NCBI RefSeq assembly: GCF_018977255.1
Contig: NW_024704742.1
Coordinates: forward strand, 107,696,001 to 107,760,000
DNA from: Callorhinchus milii
Taxonomy: Eukaryota
Length of the DNA stretch: 64,000 nucleotides
Direction of reading: 5' to 3'
A program made the position numbers and the translations under genes. Shown here in pieces: positions 10,733 to 23,000 of the stretch (the first letter of the stretch is position 1; every line of letters starts with the position of its first letter). Below the pieces are notes generated by a model. It worked only from the letters and a program-made list of their open reading frames with translations, was not told where the DNA came from and did no database searches.

Positions 10733-13010
10733 TGTTTACCTAGCAATAAGTAGGAACCCAGTTGTTAGTTGATTAGCGGATCGCTTTTCTGGGGTAATAA
10801 TTCCTTCAAAAAAATATAATAAATTGGTCACGCAATCCACAACTATCTGTGGGACATTGCTGTGTGCAATTGGATGCCTCGTTTCACCTACAAAATATAC
10901 AGTCCATAGAATAATTGAACCATAGAATTATACAGCACAGAGGAGGCCATTCAGCCCATTGTGCCTGTGCCAGTCTTTGAAAAGAGCTATCCAATTCAAT
11001 CCCACTACCTCGCTCTCTGCCCATAGCGATGCAAACTTATCCTCCTCAAATATTTATCTACTTCTCTCTCAAAAGTTGTTATCGAATCGGCTTTCCACCA
11101 CCCTTTCAGGCAATACAATCCAAATCCGAACAACTCGCTGTGTGAAAAAATTTCTCCTCACCTCCCCTCTGTTTCTTTTAGCAAATATTTTAAATTGATG
11201 CCTTTGGGTTACCGACTCACCCGCCAGTGGAAACAATTTCTCCTTGTTCACTCTATCGAGTCCCCTCATAATTTTGAAAACTTCGATTAAGTCTCCTCTT
11301 AATCTTCTCTACTTCAAGGAGAATAATCCCAGCTTCTCTAGCCTCTCCTGATAACTGGAGTCCCTCATTCCTGGTACCATCCTGGTAAATCTCCTTTGCT
11401 CTCTCCAATGCATTGACATCCTTCCCGCCCGCAACTGAACATAGTACTCCAGCTGAGGCCTAACCAGTGTTTTATAAAGGTTCATCATAACTTCCTGACT
11501 TTTGTATTCTATGCCCCTCTTTATAAACCTTAGTATCCCGTATGCTTTTTTAACAGCTTTATCTACCTCTCCTGCCACCTTCACAGATTTTCTTATATGA
11601 ACCCCCAGGTCTCTCTGTTCCTTCTCCCCCTTTAAGATTGTACCATCAGCTTATATTGCCTCTCCTCATTCTTCCTCTTAAAATGCATCACTTCGCATTT
11701 CTCCACATTAAACTTTATCTGCCACCTATCTGCCCATTTTACCAGTCTGTCTATGTCCTCTTGCAGTCTGCTACTATCGTCCTCACTGTTTACTATCCTA
11801 GCTTAGTATTATCTGCAAACTTGGAATTTTTATTCCCTATACCCAAGTCCAGGTCATTTGTATAGATCAGAAAGAGCAGTGGTCCCAATACCGACCCCTG
11901 AGGGACACCACCGCACACTTCCCTCCAGTCAAAAAAACAACCATTCACCACTTTCTGCTTTCTGTCTCCCAGCCAGTTCTGTATCCATGCTGCCACTATC
12001 CCATTAGTACCGTGCGCTTCTATTTTGCTTACAAGTCTCTTATGTGGCACTTTATCAAACGCTTGTGAAAATCCATATAAATTACATCAACAACACTATC
12101 TTCATCCACCCTCTCCGTTATTTCATCAAAAAGCTCTCTCGGGTTTGTTAGACACGAATTGCCTTTACCAAATCCGCTGTACTTTATTAACCCATATTTT
12201 TCTCAGTGAAAATTTATTTTGTTCCAGATTATAGTGTTTAGAAGTTTCCCCACTACTGACGTTAGGCTGACTGGCCGGTAGTTTCCGGTTTTATCCTTCC
12301 GCCCCTTTTTGTACAGGAGAATAACATTTGCAAACCTCCAGTCCTCTGGCACCACCCCGGTGTCTAAGGAGGATTGAGAGATTGTGGCCAGAGCCTTCAT
12401 TATTTCCACCCTTACTTCCCTCAGTAACCTAGGATGCATCCCATCTGAACAGGGTGACTTATCTACCTTGAGCACCGACAACCATTTTAGTACCTCCTCT
12501 CGGTTTATTCTTATCTTATCCAATTTCTCTACTCTCTCCTACTGTGGCATTGGCTGCATCCTCCTCTTTTGTGAATACAGATCCAAAGTACTCATTCAAT
12601 GCATCAACCATGCCTTCTGCCTCCACAAGAAGATTTTCTCTTTGGTTCCTAATTGGACCCACCCTATCTTTAACTAACCTTTTATTTTTTATATCTTATA
12701 AAATATATTAGGGTTCCTTTCTATGTTACCTGCTAATCTTTTCTCATCCAATCTCTTTGTCCCTCTTATTTTCTTTTTCAGTTCTCCTCTGTACTTTCTA
12801 CATTCTATTTGATTATCTTCTGTGTTTTGGACCTGACATTTATCATAAGCCTCCTTTTTCTGTTTTATCTTAATCCCAATTTCTTTATTCAACCAGGGAG
12901 GTTTGGATGCCCTACCTTAATTTACTTTGCAGTATATTCTGTGAAGCATCTTGAGATGTCTCAAAGACATGATAAGGCGCTATAGCAAATGCAATGATTA
13001 CTATTAATAA
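10733..13010 (+). mobile_element. 5'-truncated young SINE split in two (10733-10904 and 12919-13010) by a CR1
   Basis: ...caaaatatacagtc | aatttactttgcagtatattctgtgaagc... rejoins to the SINE consensus seen in other copies. Confidence 0.9.
10905..12918 (-). mobile_element. 5'-truncated CR1 LINE with disrupted ORF2
   Basis: Minus-strand ORFs with NYRPVSLTSVVGK, GVPQGSVLGP, KFADNTKLG, YKTLVRPQLEY and RNFFTQRVV; 3' tail (ATTCTATG-like) at 10905-10930. Confidence 0.95.
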
Positions 13011-13339
13011 TGTTACAATCACTGTTGACTACTTCAGACTGCCACGGGAGGAAAGTTTATTTGGAGCTTCTCACACTAACTTTAAAAAATGCAGAAGCTG
13101 TTAAACGAAATGAAAATAAATCTTTGAAATCCAATGCTACATAAATAACATAATTTATGTTACATCTTTTTATCATTAAAAATAACTGAAGTGGTAAATG
13201 TTGGCTCATGTACATATTGCTGAGTGTTAACATTTCATGCTGTACAGTAAATCTTGTCAGTACAGCTCTTCACTGCATCAGTAAGTTTGAGTATCTTTGC
13301 AAAATGCACCTGGGAAAATTATGGAAGTGAGAAATCATT

Positions 13340-13640
13340 TATCGGATGAGGTATTAAACCGAGGTCTGTCTGCTTGTTCAGGTGAACGTTAAAGATCACA
13401 TAGGCACAATTAGAAAAGAGAAGAGTGTTTATCCTGGTGCCATGACCAACAGTCCTCTAGATAAAATTGATCATTCACTTCATGGATGTTTCTGGGACAC
13501 TGCTTTGTTGCAAATTGACTACCACATTCACCTACAAAATTTTATTCACTAAACTTTGCACTTCAAATCCTGTGAAGTGCATTGAGATGTTCTTCTGATG
13601 TGAAAGGTGCTATATAAAATGCAAGGATTATTATTACTAT
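13340..13640 (+). mobile_element. Old Deu-SINE, 5'-truncated
   Basis: ggatgaggtattaaaccgaggtc...gttcaggtgaacgttaaagatc...tatataaaatgcaaggattattatt. Confidence 0.75.
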
Positions 13641-14029
13641 TATAAATTTGCAAAATGGTACCATCCCAAATTACATTATACTTTAGGTAAAACAAATCCA
13701 CCTGTGACTGCTAATTCCATAAAAAGTAGAAATAACATACATCTAATTGCCATGCCAACTGATCTGAACTTAACAATTTGCTACTTTCATACGAAAATAA
13801 AAAAATTTATTATGTGGACAAAAGAGAGAGTTCATGGAAGTCAACATCAACAATTTAATCCTTACATTTGGTATAGCATTTTTTACATCAGGAGGATGCC
13901 TCATAGCACTTCAAAGGATATACTGTAAATATAAAGTTTTTGAAGAAACAGATAACTCTTGAAGAAAGAACTTGCTTTGTTTTTAAACTGTATTACATCA
14001 AAAAGCACTTCCCAAGTAATGAGAATCAT

Positions 14030-14260
14030 GATTAGCCATCCTCCCCTCCTATCATTACACCGCTGTGGGCCAGCATCTAGAATCTACAGTCTTGGCTTGT
14101 ACCAACTTTCCTGGTGACCTGTCGGATTTGCTCACTACACTCTGTATAAACAAGTATTTTTTTAATGTCAGAAGTAAAATTGCCCTTGACAATCTTGAAT
14201 CCATGATTTCTTTTCCTTGCCTTATTAAAAAACATGTGATCTTTGAGGAAACAAGAATGG
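14030..14260 (-). mobile_element. Degenerate CR1 3' fragment
   Basis: ORF 14077..14268 (RNHGFKIVKGNF) matches the CR1 ORF2 C-terminus. Confidence 0.6.
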
Positions 14261-14520
14261 GATGTCACCTATGAAGTCCAGGAAGTCCTATTGGAAGCAA
14301 TCCCATGTAACACATATCAACTTACAAAAATAATCAAATGCTTTGTTCTGAGGAAGTCAGAAGTGGAATAGCCTCAGGCAATTTATTTGATAGAGGGACC
14401 AATCCTAATTTGAGTGATGCCTAAGGTGATACATTACAGTTCACCAGGCTTCATTGCTGTGGTCGTTCACTGAGGGCTTCTGACTGAAAACAGTTAACTT
14501 AGTCAAAGTCAGCTGAACCA

Positions 14521-14875
14521 AATAATAATAATCCTTGCATTTGATATAGCACTTTTCACTTCTTCTAGATGTCTCAAAGCACTTTACAGAGTATGCTGTA
14601 AAGTGAATTGACTGTATATTTTGTGGGTGAAACATGGCAGCCAATTGCGCACAACAGTGTCCCGCAAACAGTCATGGATTGTTTTTTTTGAAGGATTATT
14701 ATCCCCGGAAAAACGATCCGCAAATCAACTAACAACCAGGTTCCTAACTTACTGTTAGGTAAACAGAGGTATATGGAGTACGGAAACTTGCCCAACATTT
14801 TGGCCTGCTGGGATTCAAACCTGGGTCTCTTGCTTGCAAGGCGAGCGCTCTAACCACTGAGCTACAGGGCTCCAC
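14521..14875 (-). mobile_element. Young tRNA-derived SINE, long subtype
   Basis: Complete reverse-complement copy from the (AAT)n tail to ...gctacagggctccac. Confidence 0.95.
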
Positions 14876-16734
14876 AATGTGCGGATAGTGGGGGAGGAAA
14901 ATAATTATACCTTTCAGCAAAGTGTTCGGAGGAGTTAACAAGCTTTTATACCAAGAAAGCTGAGGTTAGAATAAATATTATTCCATCAGTCAGCCTCCCC
15001 CATAATGTAACAGGGCAACATCATATACTTTAGTGTTTGATCTTTTTCGTATTAGATCAAGAGAACATTAACACTCGTGAAATAAATTCAAGTGTAAAAT
15101 TAAAGTTTGCCACTACAGGGTATAGCAAAATTTGCTTGTTATTTTATCCCTCAGGTTTGTATGATTTTTCTGAAGGATTAAATAATTGTGTTTGAAGACC
15201 ATTGATAGGAAAGTATCAGCTTGTCTCAGTTGATAGAACTCTTGCCTCTTGCTGTAGGTTCAATCCACAGTGGTCGAGCTCAATTGAGCTCGGCATTAAA
15301 CTGAGATACCCCAAACTATATTGGTCATTCACTTTGTGGCTGTTTGTGGGATATTGCTGAACGCCAGTGTTACACTAGCCAAACTTTTTGGTCAACCAAT
15401 AAAATAAATTTTCTTGATTGAATATTTCTTGATTTATGCACAAATATTCAATCAAAAAAACCTGGAAACTCACTACCGATTGAACACGGATTTACCTAGA
15501 TTATTGGGAAGGTTTGGGGCTGGTGGTGCTTCTTGATGACCACTTCCTGCCCACAGGGCATGGGTTGGCCATCACTGCTGTATGCAAATTGATTGCCACA
15601 TTTGGCCACAAAACACACAGCGAACAACCTCCTCATGTAAAAGGTGCAAATGCAAATGTAAGGATTATTATCTCTTGATTGTTCAGGGATTTTAATGTCA
15701 CACATGGCTGCAATATTTGCCCACAAAAATAGTTTTCATTTGACAGTAACGCCCTCTTTAAAAGCAGTGAAAAGTTTATTTTCTTTAATAAGTACAGAAT
15801 TGATTTTTACACATAAGAATGAAATGATATAGTTTTTCTAGCGTTCTTTAGTAAAAATGTTAATATGGTACACTTGACTGATAAAACAATATGAATCTAT
15901 TTTCCTACAGGCATTGTAGATCAGAATACAAAGCAGTCAGAATTTTAAAAAACTTTAGTCATTCCACACCAGTCGCTTTGCTTCAAGCGCCACAGTTCAT
16001 TAAAGTCAGTTTATCATTCACATCAAACATTAGGGAATACTCTCTGCAGACGAGCACTGATTATCACACAAAATGCCTATACAGTGCAGAAATATCAGGC
16101 TTACAAAAATGTAAACTTATTTTGTTTTCCTTGCAATCATTTCTCTCCAGTTCTATGCCAGCAGACTTTTTAATGTAAACTTTATATTGAATAAGGTGTG
16201 TTTCTCAGTAAACTGCTGCAAATCTCCAGCCTATTTACCATTTCCTAGGCAGTCTTGTTTAATAGATTTGTTTAGGATAGAAATACATATGTGGAAATAA
16301 AACACTGTAGTTGGCATTTCTCCATGAATCTAACAGAACAAACTAACACACTCGTAAAAATTCTAGCATGGATGCTGAAACAACTAGAATTTATTTTTCT
16401 ACAGGCACTAGCTCATATGTACAATCTAGCAACCTAGCTTCTCACAAGAAGAAGCAATTTCAGTGGAAAAATGTGTCATTCTAGCAGCTTGGTATAATTC
16501 GTTGAGTTCTTTAGTGTTACACATGGTGCACCATTTTTTTTAATATACCTACAAAATACACAGTGTGCATCCAAAATATACAGAGTACACTTCACACAAT
16601 CCTGTGAAGCTGCTTTGGGACATCGAGGAAATGATAAGGCGCTATATCAAATGCAAGGATTATTATAATTATTATTATAATCCTTGCAATTGTCTATTCA
16701 ACCTTCAAACTAAGGAACACATAATAATAATTAC

Positions 16735-17370
16735 ACTCCATCGCACTGCCCGCCTCCGTCCGTACATCACAACCAAAGTAGCCAAAACCCTCGTCCATTC
16801 CTTCAGTACTTCCTGGCTGGACTAATCCAATGTCCTCCTCGCTGGTCTCCCCAGCTCTACCATACACAAAATCCAACTAATTCAAAACTCTGCCACCAGG
16901 ATATACGACCACACAAAACTCTGTGCTCCCATCAGTCCTTGTCAGGCTCCACTGGCCCCCAATTACCGAACAGATAGACTTCAAGATCCTCTCACCCGTT
17001 TTCAAATCCCTTCATGTCCTCGCACCTCCGTACCTATCCAATCCTTACCCTCCACTCCACTACTCGCTGCCTTCACTCAACCGGCTCCAGCCTCCTGTTT
17101 GTCCCTCGCCCTCTCCGCTCCACCAATGGTGGCCATGCCTTCAGCCACTACGCCCTGAAAGTCTGGAACTCTCTCCCTCAACCCCTCCGCCTTGCCATCT
17201 TTTTCCCCACTTTCAAATCCCACCTAAAGACCTTCCTTTTAGATTGTGCTCATGGTTACCTCCCCACTCCCTCTACCCCTGGGTCGCTGTCAGATTCCAC
17301 CATTGTCAAGTGCTCCGAGACGCTACCTCGCGTGAAGGGCAATATATAAATACAAGTTGTTGTTATTCTA
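16735..17370 (+). mobile_element. L2 LINE 3' fragment
   Basis: LHWPPITEQIDFKIL, GGHAFSHYALKVWNSLP and FKSHLKTFL; tail tatataaatacaagttgttgtt. Confidence 0.9.
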
Positions 17371-19779
17371 GTAATAATAATTTTAAAAGTGTCTTAATTT
17401 GAAGGATGAATAGATGCATTCAGATGTTTTAATGCAGATATTTTAAAAAATAATTTAAATAATATAACTATTTAAAATAGTAAATAAGATCAAATGGCTT
17501 CTGGCAATGGCTTAGAAACTTTCCATTCCTGCCAAAGACAGAGGCAAATCAAGCGCTTGATAATCACTACAGACCAGCTGTCAAAAGGATATACTGAATT
17601 GCAAGAATTTATGACAATAGAATGTAGCAATTTTATTATGTCCTTAGCTATTGATTTTAAAAGGACAGTATTCATGAAAAGGGATTTCAATGAACCCTTT
17701 AATTGTTCTTTATAAACTTACCAAACAATGGCACAAATCAGATTAAAATTCAACTGGGCGTCACCTGCAAATTATGCCAATGCGACAAAATGAAGCATTG
17801 GCTTCTGACTTCTCACCCGTAGATTAAAAGAAAGGTTTGTAAACCATGAACACATTATACCAGTGTAATCACTTTTATTAGTAATATAAATATATCCTGC
17901 ATTAATCAATACAGGCCCCCCAAGTGGAAGGCAATACAAAAGGAAGACACTCTAATGGGCAGGCCATACAATGGGCAGGCAGGACAATGATTGCTGTAGG
18001 TGGCTTCAGACCCAACTGTTGGTAAATAGTGGGGAAGGTTCAACCATGGATCAGACAATAAGTTATGAGAGACAGTCTGCACTTTCCAATGATGTATTCA
18101 TTGACACCACATTAATTACAGATCACAACTTTCATCCCACTATATTAACTATTAACTAGCTATTCAATTGATCTATGGGAGCTAACTTTACTGTTACTTG
18201 CTCAGTGCCTTGGGATGTCCTCCTGATGTGCCATGGGATGTCCTCCTGACGTTGTTGTTACCGGGAAATAAAGAACCATGTTAAGAACAGAAAAGGCTTT
18301 CATGCCATCAAATGTAACCTTAGAGATTGATTTTTTTAAATAAGTTTGAATAGTCACTGTGTTTTGACTGTGTTTTGACATGTAGTATTACTATTGCTCT
18401 CATCAAAGAATTAAGGAATGTTTTAGCCCCACTGTTTCTATTGTACTCAAATAATAGATATCGCAAGAAGCCAAATTTCCATGCTCCTTTTAATCAGTTT
18501 CATCATCGACTTCCTTGGTTCTCTTTTTATTGCTTCCAGACTGTTGAAATCAAGCTGCCATTTTCCACTTTATACAACCTTTGTGAGTTGCCAAGCAACA
18601 GTATCTAACACACCACCTGGAGTTTGTGGATTGACAACTGGTTCTTAAAGTAAGGGATTCCAATTTGTTTTTCAACAATGCACACCTATCAATTGGAAAT
18701 GCCCCATTATTTTATTTGTCTTGCCAATGGATCTCAAATGATAATCTTTAAAAAAATGTGTTTAATTGCCACGTATATGGACGTTCAGACTAGCATTCTT
18801 CCTTCTCTAGTCCTGCTATGGCCTTCACTTGCTTTCATTTGTTGTGGTGTTTTTATTATAATTATTATTGTATTTGCTATAGCCTCTTCCATGTCAGGAT
18901 GACATCTCAAAGCATTTCATAGAATTTTACTGGAAAGTGTAATGACTGTATTTTGTGGGCAATTTTACCTTCACCTTGAAGCATTCTATTGAAGCACCAA
19001 ATTGCTTTCTCTCTAATGGGGAATTACAGAAAATTTTTGATCTTCAATAATTTAAAGAGCACACAATGTATTAAGCTTCACCTTTTGTTTTTCTTGGTAG
19101 CTGAGAAGCATTGAACAGCATTTAAAAACAAAGATTTCTGCTGCAAATTCTGGCTGTTATCCTGGACAGTATTATGAAGCCAGCTAAAGCACATTGATTA
19201 AGGATGACAGAAATAAATGACATCTCAGTCATGGGCAATTCCATTGTGGATTGAAGGAAGCTTACAAGCTTATTTTTGCTGAATTAACCGGGTATCCAGA
19301 GACCAACTATTGTGTTAACCAGCTTTACTGTTACTCTAATTAGAGGGAAATCAAACTAAATGCCTTCGTCTTTGCTGCGTTTTGAGGCAAAGTGCCTTAT
19401 TCTGAGGGTATGAGGTTCAATCACTCCTGACTTTAATCATGTGCACTGGGAGACAGAGCTCCCTCACTACAATTCCAATGTTTTTCAAAACTTATTCAGG
19501 ATAATTCTCAAGGTGCAGATAGAACAAATACTAAATCTCCTTCCATCATGATGTGAATAATTGTATTCTGGGGATTTTTACTTAAATTGGGAAAAGTTTT
19601 TACAAATGGTGCCAACAGTCAACTTTTTCTACAAGCTAACACATACCTTTACCAGTGTGGGATAAGTCATATTTTATTGTGGGATTTCAGATCAGCAAGT
19701 TATATTTTTGTTAGATGTTAAACACTCTCCCTTCTGAGTAAGAAGGGAATTCATATATCTAAGCTGGCATGTAGATGTA

Positions 19780-20075
19780 GAGTCAGGGTGCTGCATTGTC
19801 ACAGGTGTTGTCCTTCAGATGTGATGTCAAACCGAGGCCCGTCTGCTTGTTCAGGTGGACGTTAAAGATCCTATGGTACTATTTCTCGCACTTTCCTTCC
19901 CAACAATTCCCCAAATAAAATTAGTTATTCACTTCACTTCTGTTTGTGGGACATTGCTGTGAACAAATCGGCTGCCACATCCACCCACACAATACACTTT
20001 TCAGAATATCTGGTGAAGTGCTTTGGGATTTCCTCCCAACCTAAAAGGCAAATGTAACAATTATTATTATTATTT
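19780..20075 (+). mobile_element. Old Deu-SINE, 5'-truncated
   Basis: gtgctgcattgtc...aaaccgaggcccgtctgcttgttcaggtggacgttaaagatcc...gtttgtgggacattgctgtg. Confidence 0.8.
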
Positions 20076-21560
20076 CCGTAGATGGTAATACACTGGCATG
20101 TGCATTATGTAGTTGGAGATTAATATCATTGCCAGGTGACAGAATGGGTACCAGTTGAAAAAAAACATGAAAGTCAAAACTGGAGTCAGCCTGACTTACC
20201 CTTGTTTCTAAATCAGAGGGTTATGGCTTCAATCCCCACTTGGGGATTTTGAGCCATAGGAATTTAGGGTGTACAACTAACTCTTATTTTCCCTTTAGCC
20301 ATTTATCTTAATTTACATAATTAATGTTCAACACAGAATTTGCAAGGCTTCCCAGTGTGTGTCTGGGCAAACATTTGTATGTACGGTGCACATTGAGGCC
20401 CCATCTAAAATCATGTGTGTGCGGGCGCGCACATGCATGTAGTGCAAACAAGGATGTTTCTCGACTCTCTTAAAGGGAGCATTCTGAAATGGGAAAATAA
20501 TGCGTTGCGTCTCTTTTTTCTGTACAGGTTTGATACTGTCTGAGATAAACTTAAATATATATCTACAAATAAATATATATTTTGTTTAAACAAAAGTTAG
20601 CACTACCCTACACATTTGGGCTTTGGCTTATAAGGTTAACAGGAGCCAAGTGGGAAGAATCTCAGCTCCCAGAGCCTGATCTGCCCTTACAAATCCTGCC
20701 AAAATCCTGTCATGTCTATAAATAGCTGTTCCCTGGAGTACAACCTGGCTCAGGAACCAAACTACCAAGACAACCACAGGGTCTCTTTGGGGACTCTGCA
20801 TTCCCTCCCCTCCCTCGAGAGGATCGTCACCAGTTGGTCATTAGACATCTGTGATGTCGGAAGAATTTGCTGTTCTTGCTATCCTTCACTTCCTGCAGAG
20901 TAGCCAGTGTTATGCAGTGATCAGAGTACCTTTACAGTGTATTTGGCATTTTCTGCCTTTTGTAGCATGATAATTGTGCTAGCCGAAATACAGCAATTGC
21001 ACAGCTGGAGTCCTGGGCAACTATGGAAAGGACTGGAGGCTGTATTCATTATCATTTTCCTTCCTTCCCTTCCAATAGAAGTTTGCACCAGTTACCCTAG
21101 CAGAGATAATGACTAACCTTCACTAATCATATCCCTGCCTCTAGTAAAACCAACTACATAAAATAAATTAAAGAACAGGTTACTGTTATTGCGCCCTTGA
21201 AAATCAGCGATCTCAGTTCCAAAGCCTCAATAACTGTTCAGATTAAGACAGAAATCCAATGACTGTCAGGGTACTATTTTACCATTCGCAGCAAGTCTCA
21301 ATTGTGAACACTGCTGACAGTAACATTATTCCTGGCTGCTGGCTGCAGAAACCCTGCCCAATATTTCAATTACATGAAATAAGAGGGAATAAGGAAATTA
21401 AGGCTGTTCATTAAACAAAAGGCTGACATTTTGGTTGTTCAATCAGGCAGATTCAGATTGACCACATGGCTAATTACATTTTGCCTGTTGAAATCCACAC
21501 ATTATGGAAATAGCTGCTGGCACACTGCTGTGTTCACTGTTCTGTTCCCAGTGTGCCACT

Positions 21561-21841
21561 GCACCACTGATGTATACAGGGAACTGTTGATGTATGCAGG
21601 GCCCTGCTGATGTATACTGTGCACTGCTGATGTATACCGGACACTGCTGATGTATACTGTGCACTGCTGATGTATACCGGACACTGCTGATGTATACTGT
21701 GCACTGCTGATGTATACCGGACACTGCTGATGTATACAGGACACTGCTGATGGATCTATGGACACTGCTGATGTAGACAGGGCACTGCTGATGTATACAG
21801 GACACTGCTGATGTATAAAGGGCACTGCTGATGTATGCAGG
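21561..21841. repeat. 20-bp minisatellite, about 14 units (consensus RCACTGCTGATGTATACAGG)
   Basis: Direct tandem periodicity of 20 nt; explains the repetitive ORFs 21470..21898. Confidence 0.97.
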
Positions 21842-22852
21842 CCATTTGAATTCCATGTGAACTGAATGCAGGTACTTGCCATACCTGTTTGCCTTCAATT
21901 GATTTTCAATTCTTAAATATGGCCAAACTGTCTGTTCAGATAAAAGACAGATATATTCCTTTATTAGTTATGTGCAGTGTCTAAAGTAATATTTAATTAA
22001 AGAACACACAGCAATACAGATTCCTGTGTATATTGTTACAGGGCTTTTGTACCTGTGCCCATATTGTTTATACTGACTAGAAATGGACAAAGGCAACATC
22101 AGTATCGAGCTGACTTGTATTACTTACAGTTACATTCAGCTACGTAGGTTATGCACAGACATGCATCAGGAAAATACATGCATACTTTTCTACCAATGTA
22201 TGTGCTCTCAGGTAAGATTAGGAATACAAAATCATATTTTTTATGATTAGATATTTTCTGGAGAGGTATTCTCTCATGTGTCCTCTTCTGTAATGTTAAC
22301 ATGTCACAAGCCATTGCCCAGCACCAGTAGCCACACAAATTGTAGTCATGTAGCGCCTTTCACGTAAGGAGGACGTCCTTAGGTGCTGTGTGGGGTATCT
22401 GCTGCCAGGCGTTTACTACCAGACACCAGGAGGGGTGCAAGAGCAGCTGTGGCCTCCAGCCACCATCTCCATGATATGCCTGAGTAAGAGTATACACCAG
22501 GCGGAAAATCACTGGCATTGTGCCATGTTAAATGCAGCGGTACACTGGAGCTTCAACACAAGGTGTGATACACAGAAGGCTGCCAAGATGTCTCATTAAC
22601 AAACAATGACGTATAGCGCATTCTGTGATGTTCATTGCACTGCTTTGCTACAGATCTGGCTGTCACAGCAAACTAGGGTAGGTGTACAGAGCTAAGAGGA
22701 ATCAGCGGAATGCTGCTGAACCATTCATGTCCCTGACAATCTGAATTATACCATACTAGACATTAACTACAATAGTCTTGAGAGTCCATCTCCTTTACCC
22801 TTGCACAGGGAGCACCACTCTTACTAGCTACTGTATAACTAATATTTTTTAT

Positions 22853-23000
22853 GGCCTCCAATTTTTTCGCTTTATTTGAGCTCAGATTTTTTTTGCGCAA
22901 AATTTAATGGGCAACAGAAAATAATTGAATAAATTCTCACCTTTGCTATAGTTAAAAGCGTGAGCATGCAAATATAGGGCCGCGGACCAAGATTTAGGCC
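22853..23000. mobile_element. Candidate MITE relic
   Basis: Ends ggcctccaattt / agatttaggcc form imperfect terminal inverted repeats; CpG-rich interior. Confidence 0.35.

Noticed and set aside
18205..18252. 23-bp tandem duplication
   Set aside because: Local slippage within a SINE/L2 tail fragment; unremarkable
21561..21841. Regular short repeats suggestive of a CRISPR array
   Set aside because: Units abut directly with no unique spacers, there are no cas genes, and the context is vertebrate; the same applies to 28938-29135 and 60755-62990
22380..22760. Possible Harbinger transposase relic
   Set aside because: Only a vague RVY.RR resemblance with stops; cannot be supported by eye
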